A DNA stretch of 64,000 bases from Rhizodiscina lignyota (lineage: Eukaryota), in contig ML978129.1 in NCBI GenBank assembly GCA_010015805.1, forward strand, positions 1,116,001-1,180,000, given 5' to 3'. The notes beneath the pieces are model-generated. The model ran no database searches. It worked only from the letters and a program-made list of their open reading frames with translations, and was not told the DNA's origin. How positions within the stretch are numbered: the stretch's first letter is position 1; every line of letters begins with the position of its first letter. Below are positions 11,649-24,483 of this stretch, piece after piece. Position numbers and translations under genes: made by a program.

Positions 11649-12198
11649 ATGAGGGTCTTTCATAGACTGCGAATGGCTTCAGAAGTCCTTCCGTCCTCTA
11701 CGAACCCACTACGAACTGCACCTGTAGCTTTATTGCCTCCGATTCCGCTCTACCGACGAATCCTCCGCGCTCATCGACGCAAACTGCCTGGTGATATGCG
11801 GCTGTTAGGAGACAACTATGTCAAGAGCGAGTTTAGGGCCCATAGGAATGTTGATAATCCCGTTCACATTGTAAGTCCGATCAGAGTCGACAGTGAGGAG
11901 TGCTAAACGAGGATCTCACAACGTACAGATTGGATTTCTCACAGAGTGGCAAATGTACGCACAGCAGCTTGAGGGTGACACGTGGAGAGAAGAGAGGCTC
12001 GATAAGAGTAAGGTGGACAAGATGAGTGGTAAGTAGCGTGATTTCCGTGGATGGGTTTCCGCGGCAGCAGGTTCTTTCCCCTTCCGCTAACGTGTTCCCC
12101 AAGACCAACAACTCGGCCAGTTGTACGAACTGATGCAAGCCATTCGCAAACAAGAGCTCGCCGATAACGACCCCGAATTCGAAGATAACGAGAAGTGA
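11649..12198 (+). CDS. SDH7: Succinate dehydrogenase assembly factor 3 (Sdh7/Acn9, LYR family), 3 exons
   Basis: [56 protein letters not shown]; introns 11871-11928 and 12029-12103. Confidence 0.93.
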
Positions 12199-12463
12199 GT
12201 GCTCAGCTGTTCAGCCAAATTGTCTCGCGAATGGAGAAACACCTACGAATGCGCAGATAACACGCTGTGACGAAGGCGTCCAAGCATCAGCAACACCTTC
12301 ACTGGCGCATGCAAATGAGACTAGTGATGGGAAGGGCGATGAACTGCGTTATCAATTGATCCTCTACACATGCGACACTATTCTTGTCCTTGCGTGTCGA
12401 ATACCGAGCTCTCCCCAGTCAATATTGCCCTCCCTCGACTTACGACGGAAGTCTTCAGCAAGG

Positions 12464-12793
12464 ATGTGCAAAGTCACTCTGTACAAAAATGTCGAATGCC
12501 GCCATAAATACCTCGTCCTCGATATTCCCTGCGCGAAAGGCCGCAACCTGCTCACCTGTCCGATGTTCAAACATCGCAGCATTACCTATATCCCAAGACT
12601 ACCGCCATTCGAAAGATACATTGCACCAAGAGGGAGTTGTCCTTGGTGCGACTTGAAGGGCGATTACGATATGCGGAAGATACGCGTCGTTAAGCGGCAG
12701 TTGAGAGGCTACAGGATCGGAGCAGGACCAAGTCCAAGAGCCGTGGGGCTAGATGTATTTGTGCCGAAGGCATTGTTCTGCTGTGTGATGTGA
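12464..12793 (+). CDS. Small Cys-rich basic protein (109 aa), putative zinc-binding, C-terminal CCVM
   Basis: MC..ECRH..PC..TCP..CPWCD Cys/His pattern; ends LFCCVM*. Confidence 0.7.
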   Translation: MCKVTLYKNVECRHKYLVLDIPCAKGRNLLTCPMFKHRSITYIPRLPPFERYIAPRGSCPWCDLKGDYDMRKIRVVKRQLRGYRIGAGPSPRAVGLDVFVPKALFCCVM

Positions 12794-13169
12794 TGGGCAG
12801 AGGAATGTGATGATCGCTAGATGATGTGCTTTAGAGAATATTGTGATCGAAGATTGTGGCACAGGTCTGTGAATTCTACTTCAAGATAGTGACTAGCAGC
12901 CACATCTGAAATCGTCTAAAATCCCGTGGCGCCCCTAGCTTTTGTTATTTTGCAGGACGGTCATATACACTTGTATTGTGACAAGATTCAGGCTACATTA
13001 ATGAACTGTGTCAAGCTATAATTTTACACCTTTAGATATCCTCGAGGGTGACAAGGCTGGCCGTCGCCGAGCAGGCTGTAACGCAAAAGGACTAACTTAA
13101 AGTTTATATGCTTTATTAGAAACGAATGCTATACATAGCTGCTCAGTGCCTTGAAAATTGCTCCCTCGT

Positions 13170-14517
13170 CTATGGATTCATCTCTACCAGCACTTTCACG
13201 AGTTTATCCTTCTCCTTTATCAGCCTTTCAAAACCTCCCTCTATGACATCCTGCAGCTTGACTTTTAGGCTGATCATTGCTTCAGGCTTGATTCTTCCAT
13301 CCTCCAAGCAGTCCAATACTTCCTGGAAATCGCCTTCCACATACGTAGCGATGCCCATATAGTTTCTCTCACGGAAAACCAAATCATTCGGCTGTATGCT
13401 CACTGGACGCTCCCACACCGCGACATTGACGATCGTACCTCGCGCTCTCGTTGCGAGGATGGCCTGCTGCAAGGCCGGGGCCACTCCTGCGCAATCAAAG
13501 GCAACGTGAACCAGTCCGCACAGCTCCTTGCATCTCGCAACAATGTCCTCCTGCGTAGGATCGAGAACGTAATCCGCGCCAAACTGCTTTGCGTACTCCT
13601 TCCTTCGCGGAGAGATCTCAGACACGATGACCGTGCATTTGCTGCGTGCCTTGAGAGCCTGAGTAATTACGAGACCGATCGGTCCACCACCGAGAACGAG
13701 TACCCAGTCACCCTCCTTGAAAGGGGAAATCTTCACGGCGTGCCATGCAACCGCCAAGGGCTCGACGAGCGCACCGAGCTCAAGAGAGACATTTTCCGGA
13801 AGCAGGAAGCACTTGGCTTCGTCGACAACAATATAGTCTGCCAGGCCACCGGTAGAAGCTATTGGGTATTAGCATAATGGGCATAATTGAGATACGAAGC
13901 AGTTACCGCAACTGTAGCCTATGAATCCATTTATTTGGCAGCAATTGACCGCTCCCTCTTTACAAGCTACACAGGTTCCGTCGTAAAGGATGGGCTGGAC
14001 GCAGACGCGGTCTCCAGGTTTCCACTTCTGCACATTTTGGCCAACTTCCTCGATGATACCAGAGAATTCGTGACCGGCAGCAATTGGTAGCTGCTCGCCG
14101 GTGAGAGGATGCGGTGCTGTCGGACAGAGAACAGGGCCGCCGAGCCACTCATGAAGATCTAATAAAGGCATATGAGCGTCGATCATACTATACTAAGGGG
14201 CTAGTTTCCGGCGAGCGAACGAGACCTGCAACGGCATCCCTTTTCCGTAGCAAAGAGAGTGGCTCCGCAGACCGTTTGCTTTCTGGAAACTAGCTCCATC
14301 GTAGAATTGAACAGGTCAAATTTTTCCGACTCACCACTACCACAGATGCCGCAATAGGCCAGTCTGAGCTGCTTTGATGTTAACTGCCACCGCAATGGAC
14401 CTTACGCTTTCCGGTGCGTACCTTCACATCGTTTTCCCCAACCGGAGGAATCGCAATGTCATCAAGCCGAATATCACGATTCCCGTGAAATCTTAATGAC
14501 TTCATCGTAGGGCCCAT
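13170..14517 (-). CDS. Zinc-dependent medium-chain dehydrogenase, 2,3-butanediol dehydrogenase-like, 4 exons
   Basis: Spliced: (MGPT)MKSLRFHGNRDIRLDD.. / AYCGICGSD/LHEW..GHEFSG..structural-Zn CVACKEGAVNCC / ..GALVEPLAVAWHA..GGGPIG. Introns 14421-14369, 14334-14159 and one near 13.86-13.91 kb. Start could be 14505. Confidence 0.9.
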
Positions 14518-16223
14518 CTTGAAGTGGCGAAGGCGTAAAAGAAGCCGAATTTAAGTAGTTGATTGAAGGGAGATGTTTGACACATACAAAAATATTGATG
14601 AAGCTGAAAGCTAGAAGACAAGTCAGGAATCAGAAAAGATATAACGTCAATGGGATCTTCTACAGCCCATACCACCTGCCCATACAAGATCCCGTCACTT
14701 ATATATAATTTGGAGACCCCGCAATCATGCCCGAGAGCCTCGTGCCCCTCATTTAGGGAACGCGGATAGCTGCAGAGGGTGACACGGCCCCACAAGTTTT
14801 TCAGATGGACTGATTCCCGAGCCCCTGGTTAGATGTCCATATTGAGAGTCGAGGGCGAGCTGATGTATTTGAATGGCTCGATTCAAAATGAACAGGGAGG
14901 AGTAGAGCTGTGAATGTGCTGTGCATTGGACAGAGCATGAGTCAACATGAAAAACATTGATATGATGAGAGGATCAGGCAATTTGCTGAGCATCATCCTG
15001 GCGAGAAGACTCGCTGCACGTCTACATCTCCATTCGATTGATCGTTAAGTTCGTTTGACGAGGGTGTTAGTGCTGTACTAATCGGCGCATCTTCTCAGCA
15101 ATGATAAAGTGAAGACTGGTATGTCACGACATGAGTGGCAATAACCAGAACAACGTAACATCTCTGTCTTTCTGTTAGGGAACGTTGAAGGACGTAGCTG
15201 ACGTACGCTGAATGTCTTGCTGTGTTAGGGATAGCTTTACAAAGTCAGTTGGCGTTGTTTGGACTCTTGACTCGTTTAGGACAATGCTGAACTCAACATG
15301 ACTAGTTGCGGACATTAAAAACACCTTGCGGCCGCCGCTGTCGTGTCCGTTGTGGTCGGAAGGATTGACTGCTTTATATACTCCTACTTGTATCGTTTGT
15401 TGGTGTAAGATCGGGAAGGGCGGTGTGCCCGCCATCCAAGAACTTGTGAATCCGCTCCACTTACAATATCACTCTTTGCTAAATTAAATTCGATCATCCC
15501 TATTTCAATATCTGAAAAGAATCTAGCTCAGATTAGAACAAACATTTAATCTTACCCTTGATGGGGACGTCTGGTCACGTGATCAATTCTTGGTTGAAAT
15601 TTTCTTTAAAGCCTCACATTGGCACTGCTCCAATATATTTCAGAAATCAGACTTCCGCAAATTCCATCTTCTTTGGCATGTCAACCGTCTCTCTGCGTTA
15701 CGGTCGTTCGCTGGTTTGCTTCCGGTTACTCCCCAGTCCAATAGATGCACGATTGCCGACTTCCAGATTCTTGGTGCCCTCTTGCTAATTCTGGACGGCT
15801 TTGAGCGCAGTCTCGTGAGCCTGAATTTGCGTTACGCCACATTAACCTGTCCATCATCCGCCCCCTATCACTCTAGCGTATCTCTAGACCTTCGGAGAGC
15901 TTTAGTAGGCCAAGGCGCATACAAGGTTGCGACCCAACACAAGGTAGGCAAGAGAGGTTTACTCCCCGCAAACCAGGTTCTGTCCACTTAGACACCAAAA
16001 TTTTTTGTAATTTCTAACGTTTATGCTGATCATCTCTTATCTGTTTGATTTACCCTATCGTAGCTATCTACTCCTTGGAGCCATATGCCTACAAACTCTC
16101 GGCTGCACTCTTCCGCCATTGGTCGAGACATGAAGATGCGAATTACTTTAAAATGTCGTGATAAACCATGTCTGGAATTCTCGTCTTCAGGCAAACACTA
16201 CGCACTCTTCGACGTGCTCCAAG

Positions 16224-18118
16224 ATGGATCCAGAAAAGTCGGGTGCCCTCGTTGACGGCGACAAGATCAATCCGGGGATTACAACGCATGCTCAAGAGCT
16301 GGGTATCGATGTCGGGAAGATTCAGGACGTGAAAGGTGCCGATCAAGTGCTTGAATTCGCCAATGCTGAGGCTGTGGATATCCCCGAAGATGTTAACAGA
16401 CGTATATTGAGCAAGATTGACTGGGTAAGTCACTACCACTTGCGCTTGAGAATTACCGATCTGATTGATTTCGTATAGCACGTTATGCCGTGGCTATGTG
16501 GGCTTTATGTCTTGCAATATATTGACAAGGGAGTTCTTTCATATGCCGGTGTCATGGGTTTACAAAAGGAAACGCACATCAACTCCGCACAATACGCCTG
16601 GGTTGGCAGCGTCTACTACGTGTATGTTATTTTCGAGTCAGTTCTTACATTCGCAACCATCTGTCTGATGCCAGTTCTTGCAGAGGATACATCGTCGCCG
16701 CTCCGATTCACAACCGTCTAATGCAGCGATTCCCTCCGGCGAAGCACATCGCCGTATGTATGACAATCTGGGGAGCTGTTCTCGCCTGTATGGCAGCATG
16801 CAACAATTATGCTGGCTTAATGGTTCAGCGCTGCTTTCTCGGATCACTGGAAGCTGCCGTAAATTGCGGGTTCATGCTGGTTACTGGTACGCCTTTTTGA
16901 GTCTCGGGTCGTTACAGTATTGACCATGATACAGGACAGTGGTACCGACAGTACGAGCATGCCACAAGGGTCGGTGTATGGAGCGCAATGGTTGGTATAG
17001 CGAGTATAGTTGGAGGCGCGGTATGTATCTTGTGGTGCAAACTTTCAACCTGCTGCACCTGCTAACTTTGTCTAAGATTGCCTATGGATGCGCAGCGGGC
17101 TTCGAGGCACATCCGAACTCCACCGCACTGACTAGCTGGAGGATCTTAGCGCTCTGCACTGGCCTGGTCTCGACATTATATGGCGCAGCGATGTGGTACT
17201 TCCTGCCAGCGTCTTGCGTGACCGCAAAGTGGCTCAATCATGAGGAGAAAGTGCTTGCTGTTGAAAGATTGCGAGGCAATCACTCTGGCGTTGGAACAAA
17301 GGTGTACAAACGCTACCAGGCCGTCGAAGCCTGGCTTGATTACAGGGTATGTTCCATCCAGTGCTGCGGCCGAGAATCCTCCTAACGACTTTCAGACCTG
17401 GATCTATGTGCTCTATGTCCTGTCATCGCAGATACCATCCGGTGGATTGGTGCTGCTCTCGTCGATCCTTATTCAATCTCTCGGTTTCGACACCAAGACA
17501 ACGCTTTTACTTTCCATGCCAGGCGGGCTTGTGAATATCCTCGGCAATTTCGGCTTCGGTTGGCTCGCCGATGTAACGAAGCTACGATCTCTGGCTTGCA
17601 TTCTTGCATCTCTGCTTGCCATGTTTGGAGTCGCCCTGTTTACCGGTCTTGCAAATGTTACACCGCTCTACGACCGATATGGCCAGCTTGTTGCATACTA
17701 CCTTATGTACGGGCTGTGCAGTACTGGGTGGTTTATCATTATCTCGATGATGTCCAGCAACGTAGTCGGGTTCACGAAGAAAACTACGAATAATGTAAGG
17801 AGTCCTGCACATGGAGATATAAGTGATGTACTGATACACAAGTTTTAGGGTATCGTCTTTACAGCACAAGGAGTCGCATACTTCGTCGGACCGCAAGTGT
17901 TCAGAGATGGCCCACACTATCAGAAGGCAAAGTATGCGACAATCGGGTTGTGGGTCTTCAGTATTTTCCTTCTTGCCTTAAACTGGTCCCTCAATTCGAA
18001 GGAGAATAAGAAGCGCGATCAGATGGTTCGGGAACAAGGCATTGATGTGCACAGAGCCGGTGTGGAATTCTTGGACCTGACGGACAAGGAGAACAAACTG
18101 TTTAGATATGTCTTGTGA
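16224..18118 (+). CDS. MFS transporter, anion:cation symporter (Dal5/allantoate permease-like), multi-exon
   Basis: ILSKIDW/HVMPWLCGLYVLQYIDKGVLSYAGVMG, AVERLRGNHSGV, NVVGFTKKTT, GPQVF and C-terminal FLDLTDKENKLFRYVL are typical of this family; six apparent GT-AG introns. Confidence 0.9.
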
Positions 18119-18185
18119 GACGTGATCGAAGACACGCAGAAATGAGATGAGATAGAGAGTCGATGTGTAGTATACATTGTGCCGC

Positions 18186-19264
18186 TCAGCTCTGCGCTCG
18201 ACGTTTCAATTCCCACTCGGTCGCTTCTTTCATAACCTGCTCCGTCCTTGCAGTAGGGTTAAAGCCAAGTACATCTCTTGCTTTAGAAATGTCGTACGTA
18301 TAAGTAGACGTGCAGAAGTTGACTACATGGCGATTCAACTCTGGAATCTTGCCACTAAAGAATATGAATGCGTTAGCAAATTCAGCCGCCATTGCCATCG
18401 CGTTGGCGGCCCAGCTAGGAATAATCCTGACGTCTCTGAGTTCGGTCTTATCGCCTGCGGTTCGCCAAATGATCCTCGACAGGTCCCAGAAGGGCATCGG
18501 ATTACCATCTGTGATGTTGAAGGCTTCGCCGTCTACTCTCCCAGGAGCTTTCGCTGGTCAAGGAGAGCATGCATTGCTAGCAGATGCGCATGAGCAGCAT
18601 TCTCGGCGCTGACTGTATCGAGGAGGTTTCTGTTATCGCCAAGTTGGATGTTTGTCTTGCCTTGATCGAGTGCATCGAGTTGTGCTGGCACCAGCGCATG
18701 TTCTTTCAGGCCGATGACCATACATAAGCGAAGCGACGCTGTCTTAAGATTACCTGAGTTTGCAACCAGAACGATCTTCTCAGCTTCTGCTTTGGACCGC
18801 CAGTACGGGAGTGCCTCTTTCGACTTGGGGTTCCAGTATGGTCGATAGTCCTCCTTGACGTTGATGTGCTCTTTGCCCTGAATGACATTGACCGTAGAAC
18901 TGAAAACGAAAGCTTCTGTGGAAGAGCAGTCTCTGGCAGAATTGATCAGATTGCGTGTGCCGACGATGTTGGAATCTTCGAAGTCGTCTTGCTTCAAGGC
19001 GACATCCATTGGTCGTGGAGAAGCGATATGGATGATGACTCGAGGGTTGATTTCCTCTACAATGCGCTTCACGAGAACAGCATCGGTGATATCGCAAGCT
19101 TTGTAGTCGACGTTATCGAAGATGTTAGTCGTTGGATTGCGCGAAACGACGGTTATGGGCCCACATGAAAGGTCGTCGAGAAGTGCTTGAACAACATGGA
19201 AACCGAGGAAACCGCAACCTCCTGTAACAAGCACTGGACCTGTGGTATCGCTGGACGAAGACAT
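18186..19264 (-). pseudogene. Extended SDR, 3beta-hydroxysteroid dehydrogenase/ERG26-like, with an apparent 1-nt frameshift near 18556
   Basis: VLVTGGCGFLG, YWRSK (YxxxK), ENAAHAHLLA. The continuation APGRVDGEAFNITDGNPMPFWD is in a different frame with no room for an intron. Confidence 0.8.
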
Positions 19265-19820
19265 AGCGACCAGCAAGAGTGGTGTAACAGGATCTAGGGG
19301 TACGACAGGAAACGAAAGATGGAATGAGAAGCCAACTTACCAAAGTATAGATATGAATATTGTGAGGTTAGCATCTCACACGATCAAACCAATTGGGCCA
19401 ACAGAAACTAGCAGCCACTCAAACGAGAAATCAGTTCCCCTTCATTAACTATAGCTGGGAGAATCTGGCGGGTCGGGAGTCAGCTTCATCCGAAGTGTCT
19501 CCCTTTTTGGGCAAGCCACAGAGGAGTGGAGATATCTATGTAGTCAAAGGCAGCTTCCGAAGTACCTGAGTGAAGTCGGACATCATGGCGGCCTTCAATA
19601 AGCGAGCGCCGGATTCATGTGAGTTAAGAGGTATCTCTCAAGTCGAAAGATGCCATGGAGTGATGCTTAAAATAGAAGTCAGAGTTCTCTCCCACACCCC
19701 TGCACCTCGTCCCAAAGAATACGTGCTTCTCGAACAGTTTTAATTGTTGATTAAAAAGTTATCCACGGTAAGTATATCTTGATAACCTGAGCAAACTCAA
19801 TACCCTCTTTTGCCCACTCA

Positions 19821-21297
19821 TTATGTTACTTGCGCATCTGTCGGCATAATCGCCGTACGTGGTAGCGAGTCAATCGCATCCCTATCAATATCCTTCAGGT
19901 TCGCATAACCAGCCACGTTCATCAAGATATCGAATTCTGCGAGCAAGCCTTTCATGACGTGCCTGACGCCGATCTCGCCTGCGATGGAAAGGCCCCAAAC
20001 CCACAGACGGCCAATGAACACGAATTTGGCTCCAATCGCCAGCGCTTTGAACACATCCGCTGCGGTACGTATCCCGGAGTCGTATGTGACCTATTGATTC
20101 GTTAGTCATAAGGAGCACACGTCAGTTCTCTTTTACTTACAACGATGCGGTCTCCCACGGCGTCCACGATCTTCTCTAAGGCGTCCAGACTTGCTATTGC
20201 GCCATCAACTTGACGCCCGGCATGGTTGCTGACCACAATTCCATCACATCCTATCTCCACTGCGCGTCTAGCATCCGCAACGCTCTGAATGCCTTTCAGG
20301 AGGAAGGGTCTTCCACCAGAGATGCGCTTCCATTCTTTAATAAGCCACTTTGTCTTTTCCCAGGTATGAGCATGACCGTGCCTAAACCAGTGTCAATCAC
20401 CTTATCCCATTTGACCAAGTTCGGGGCAAGACGAACCATATGTTCTCGTCCATCCATTTCTGTCCAGCTCTCTCCGGCTCCTTCTCCGGGTCAATATTGG
20501 CCTCTTTGAGCCGCTTCAGAAAGACTGAATCATTCAGTCCGATTCCGCCAACCCCGTGCGAATGGTAAAAGGCATAATTTCCCATGTGAACATCGTGATG
20601 ACGCCAGCCCAATTGCCATGTGTCAGTGGTCAACATGCATGCGGTGAACCCTGCGTTGTGGGCTCTCTCTAGCATCGACAAGGCCTGTTCATCATCCGGG
20701 CTCTGGTAAAGCTGGAAAAACCGACAGCCATCTTGATTGACAGCACCAACTTCTTCGATGCTGTAGCTTCCGGCAGAAGATAACGAATATGCTAGATTAA
20801 GCTCGTGTGCAACCTTTGCTACCGATGTCTCTCCAGTTGGATGATAGATGCGATTTATGCCAATCGGTGCGAAGCCGATGGGCGCTGCTAGGCGATGGCC
20901 GAACAGTTCTGTTGCAGTGTCTCGCACATTGGTATCGACTAGCATGCGAGGTATGATCTGATGACGGTAAAACGCCATTCGATTGGCATAATGTGTCCAA
21001 TTGATGCCGGCGTTACAAGAAGAATATAGCCTAGGTAGTGATTAGTAGTATACAAATCAGATGGGATGAAAACTTACCATCCCTGCTCTGTAAGTCTGTG
21101 TTTTGCTAATTCCTTAACCTTATCAGGCTCTTTACAGACTGTCTCAGCAACTGTTCCTCAATGTGGGAATTAATTCTGTTACCCGTGTCGAAGGGCTGGA
21201 AAACCCCATCGTTCGGAGCCCAAAACATTTCCCTCTGCATCAAAGCCCATTGAGGCGTGGTACGAATTGAGATATTGGGATTGTTTGGATCACTCAT
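19821..21297 (-). CDS. FMN-dependent alpha-hydroxy acid dehydrogenase/oxidase (lactate 2-monooxygenase-like), multi-exon
   Basis: IIPRMLVDTNVRD, APIGFAPIG, LTTDTWQLGWR, LKGIQSVADA, VVSNHAGRQVDG, YDSGIR, FIGRLWVWGL. Confidence 0.92.
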
Positions 21298-21447
21298 GTT
21301 GGAAAAGGATCGAAATATGATGAAGGCTCGAAGAATGAAACCGCATGTTGTAATTCTAGAAGAAGAATATATACATGCCTTTGTTGCCGCCACATGGCTC
21401 TAGATTTCTACGCACAATAGCTACAGTTGATTTTCCGGATGTTATGC

Positions 21448-21726
21448 TCGTACGAAGAGTTGAAAAGGAGAACGATTGCGGGTCGTGCGAGCTTGCTGAT
21501 TAAGTTCGTACGAGCCGAAATCCCGCAGACGCCAAGAAAAGATTTGCAGGGGGTTTGACGTCACATTTGGCATTTTGGACAGACCCCCCTGACAAATGCC
21601 TCTGGGGACTCCACAGATCTTCGTCCTCGTACGAACTTCAAGATAATCTCTCGCCGTCTGTCCAATCCACCTCCTTGCTGCCAGGCTTTTTATCCAGATG
21701 CCCGCTTAAGCTCGCAGATCGTACGA
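21448..21726. promoter_or_regulatory. Cluster of TCGTACGA palindromes in the divergent oxidase/TF promoter
   Basis: Perfect copies at 21448-21455, 21506-21513, 21627-21634 and 21719-21726; one-mismatch TCGTGCGA at 21483-21490. Confidence 0.55.
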
Positions 21727-21748
21727 GTTGGGAAGTCAACATACCACT

Positions 21749-24372
21749 ATGGCATCGCAGCGAAGGAAGCGCCCTATTCGGAGTTGCATGTCGTGCCGTG
21801 AGCGCCGAGTGAGATGTGACCAAGTACGTGTAAACCATCGCATAATCGAATTCTGAGCTGAGTCTATTACCCCAGACGCACCCTGTTTGCACCAATTGCG
21901 CTAAAGTAGGCCGTTCTTGCCTGTATTCAAGTGCTTCGGAGGTTGTGATTCTGGAAGATGCAAGCATCTCTCCTCGGAGTAAGGCAGCTCGATTACAAGC
22001 AAATCCAAACCGCAAACCTCAGGAGATGGGACACCTCCATCGCGCGCCTGGTGGGAGAACACGGTACGTGGGCCCCTCTTTTTGGGGCATATCTGAGAAA
22101 GACGTGGGCAAAAACCATTCATCTCGACTTTGGACTGGAACTGACCACTCGCAGGGACCAGAGCTCGCCGATTTCCTTGAAGATCAAGCAGAGGATAGCC
22201 CTGATCCTCTGAACCTTTGTCAAGGCTGCAGTAACATGCGCTATTGGGAGCGACCCGAAGCCTCTATCTTGAGAACTTTGCAACATGAAGTTCTTCAACT
22301 CGAAACAGTCCAAACACTTGGACAATTGATCGACGTATTACCATCACAGGAGATTTGTGAACAGCTATGGTCCACTTTCATGGCCACAGTCTACCCCCTC
22401 ATTCCGATCTTGCACCTGCCTTCTTTCTATGGTCATCTTGACCAGTTCTGGCAATCGGTTCACAGATACCAACAGCATGGTGCTCCCGATGGATTTCTGG
22501 CAGAATGTCCCTCATTCCTTCCGTTAATATTGTCGACTCTATTCTGTGGCTCTCTCCACGTTTGTCAAGACCGAAATTGTTCTGGCACACAGGCTCTTCA
22601 AACAAGAGAGGGGGAAGCTTATCGTCTATCCAAAAGTCTCTACAGAGCGACAATGCAAAGCTTAAGCATGGTCGGGTTCCCCGGCGGAAATACCACAGTG
22701 TTTGCACTGGCAGCCTTCGTCATCTTGCACGTTCCGTTGATCAGGGAAGAAACTGAACGCTCGACGGCGTTCATCAGCACTGCCTTTCGTGTGGGACAGA
22801 AAATTGGCCTCCATCGCGATCCACAATGCCTCGATATTACTGGTGTTGAAGCTGAACTGAGACGACGCTTGTTTTGGCACATCTTACATAAAGACGCTCG
22901 TACAGCCCCACTTTCAAACTGAGAAAGACAATTGGCTAACAATCATTATCGCAGTGAGCTCCACCGCATCTGGATTACCACAGATGATGTCGAACCAGAG
23001 ACAACATGACACTGCGATGCCGTCAGAGTATCAAGATAAAGATGTGGAAGATATGTCGGATTCCACAGTGTTATCTTCCAACTCACCTACCTCAACGAAA
23101 TCGGCACACTCTAATCCACATCCCCCTCCCAGGACTACTCCTTTAGGGTGCGTGGACTTCAGGGCGCTGAATGACACTGAGGTAGACTGTCGTCAGATGG
23201 TGTGTGTGGGTCGATTCCTGATCACGAACGCAATCAGGGAAATCCTTCAACGCCAGCTCGATTTTACCCCGTGGTCGGTTCAAGACGTACAGCATTTCCA
23301 GGGAGAGATTGAGCGTATGATTATTCAGGTCAGAGGACGAATCGACAAACTACAGACGTCAACAGAGGAACCGTACGATGACGGTGCCACCTCTTTGCAA
23401 CTCAATAACACTACCGCAAACGCGACCGTGCAAAAAGCTAGCGTCACGTCATGGGGTTTAGAGCCGAATTCATGCAACACTAAATTCCTGGCCTGGTCAG
23501 CGAAATTATTGGATCTAATGATTGAGAAGGCATATTGCGTCCTATACCAACCATTGCAGAAGTATGCAGATCGAGCACTATGGCTGCAATTCCGCGAAAT
23601 GTAAAACCCAAGTATCATCATTGCGAAAGTGATCACTGCTAACCAGAGTAGAGCTATATCCCACTTTCACGCTTATATTGAAAAGTATGTTGTGCTATGC
23701 ACAGAGCCGGCTTTTGGTCCCTTTCAGTGGATATATCCGGGGAATTACCAGCCTCTCCAGGCAGTGTCCGTCTTGCTTGCCGACCTCGCAGAGAACCCCA
23801 AATCCAACGAAGCTTCAACGTCGCGCTACTTGATCGACAGCGTCTTCTCCTTATTAGAACATGAAGGGGGAGTGGTGGCCGAGCACGACGGGCATTTGCA
23901 TCCACGTGGTTTGCCAAAAGCTGGGAAGGCGGCTTGGAAAATGCTTTGGCAGCTCCGCAGGCGTGCATTAAGACGCATGGGAGTCGATCCGTCTGTTTTG
24001 TGGGCTAGTAAGTATCTCTCTACACGTATGCTGGGCAGGTTCTCATTTGATGTCTTAGGTGCACGAAAGCATGGTCACGAAGTTAGACAATCTAATGCCA
24101 GTGAAGGTAACTAAATTCCCTCCAAACTCTTCTTAGTTAAGCTGATGTTAATGGATTTTTCGCTGTGAACAGGGTCTGATGCTGCAGAAGAAAATATGAC
24201 GAGTGGTCAATCGTTGAGCTCTTTAGATCCACTTCCATTAGAAATGGACGGTATTTCCAGTCTGCTGTCTGCGGAAGGGGCTCTAGATATTGGTATTGAC
24301 TATGAGCTCGCTTTTAGCTCAGAGTTTGCCGGAGAAGCCGATCCGTTTCAAGGATACCAGTGGGGCTTTTAG
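21749..24372 (+). CDS. Zn(II)2Cys6 transcription factor with fungal-specific middle homology region, multi-exon
   Basis: Spliced N-terminus MASQRRKRPIRSCMSCRERRVRCDQ/THPVCTNCAKVGRSCLY (not in the ORF track); VYPLIPILHLPSF; IGLHRDP..AELRRRLFWHI; acidic C-terminal exon ending GYQWGF*. Confidence 0.9.
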
Positions 24373-24483
24373 GAGTAGGGTGTTTGATCGAATGATGGGA
24401 ATCACTTTCACGAGTTTCCCATGATTATGATCTCCTGGCAAAACAGCAGCATGATCTATTTAATTCACTCGGTATCGGACAGC

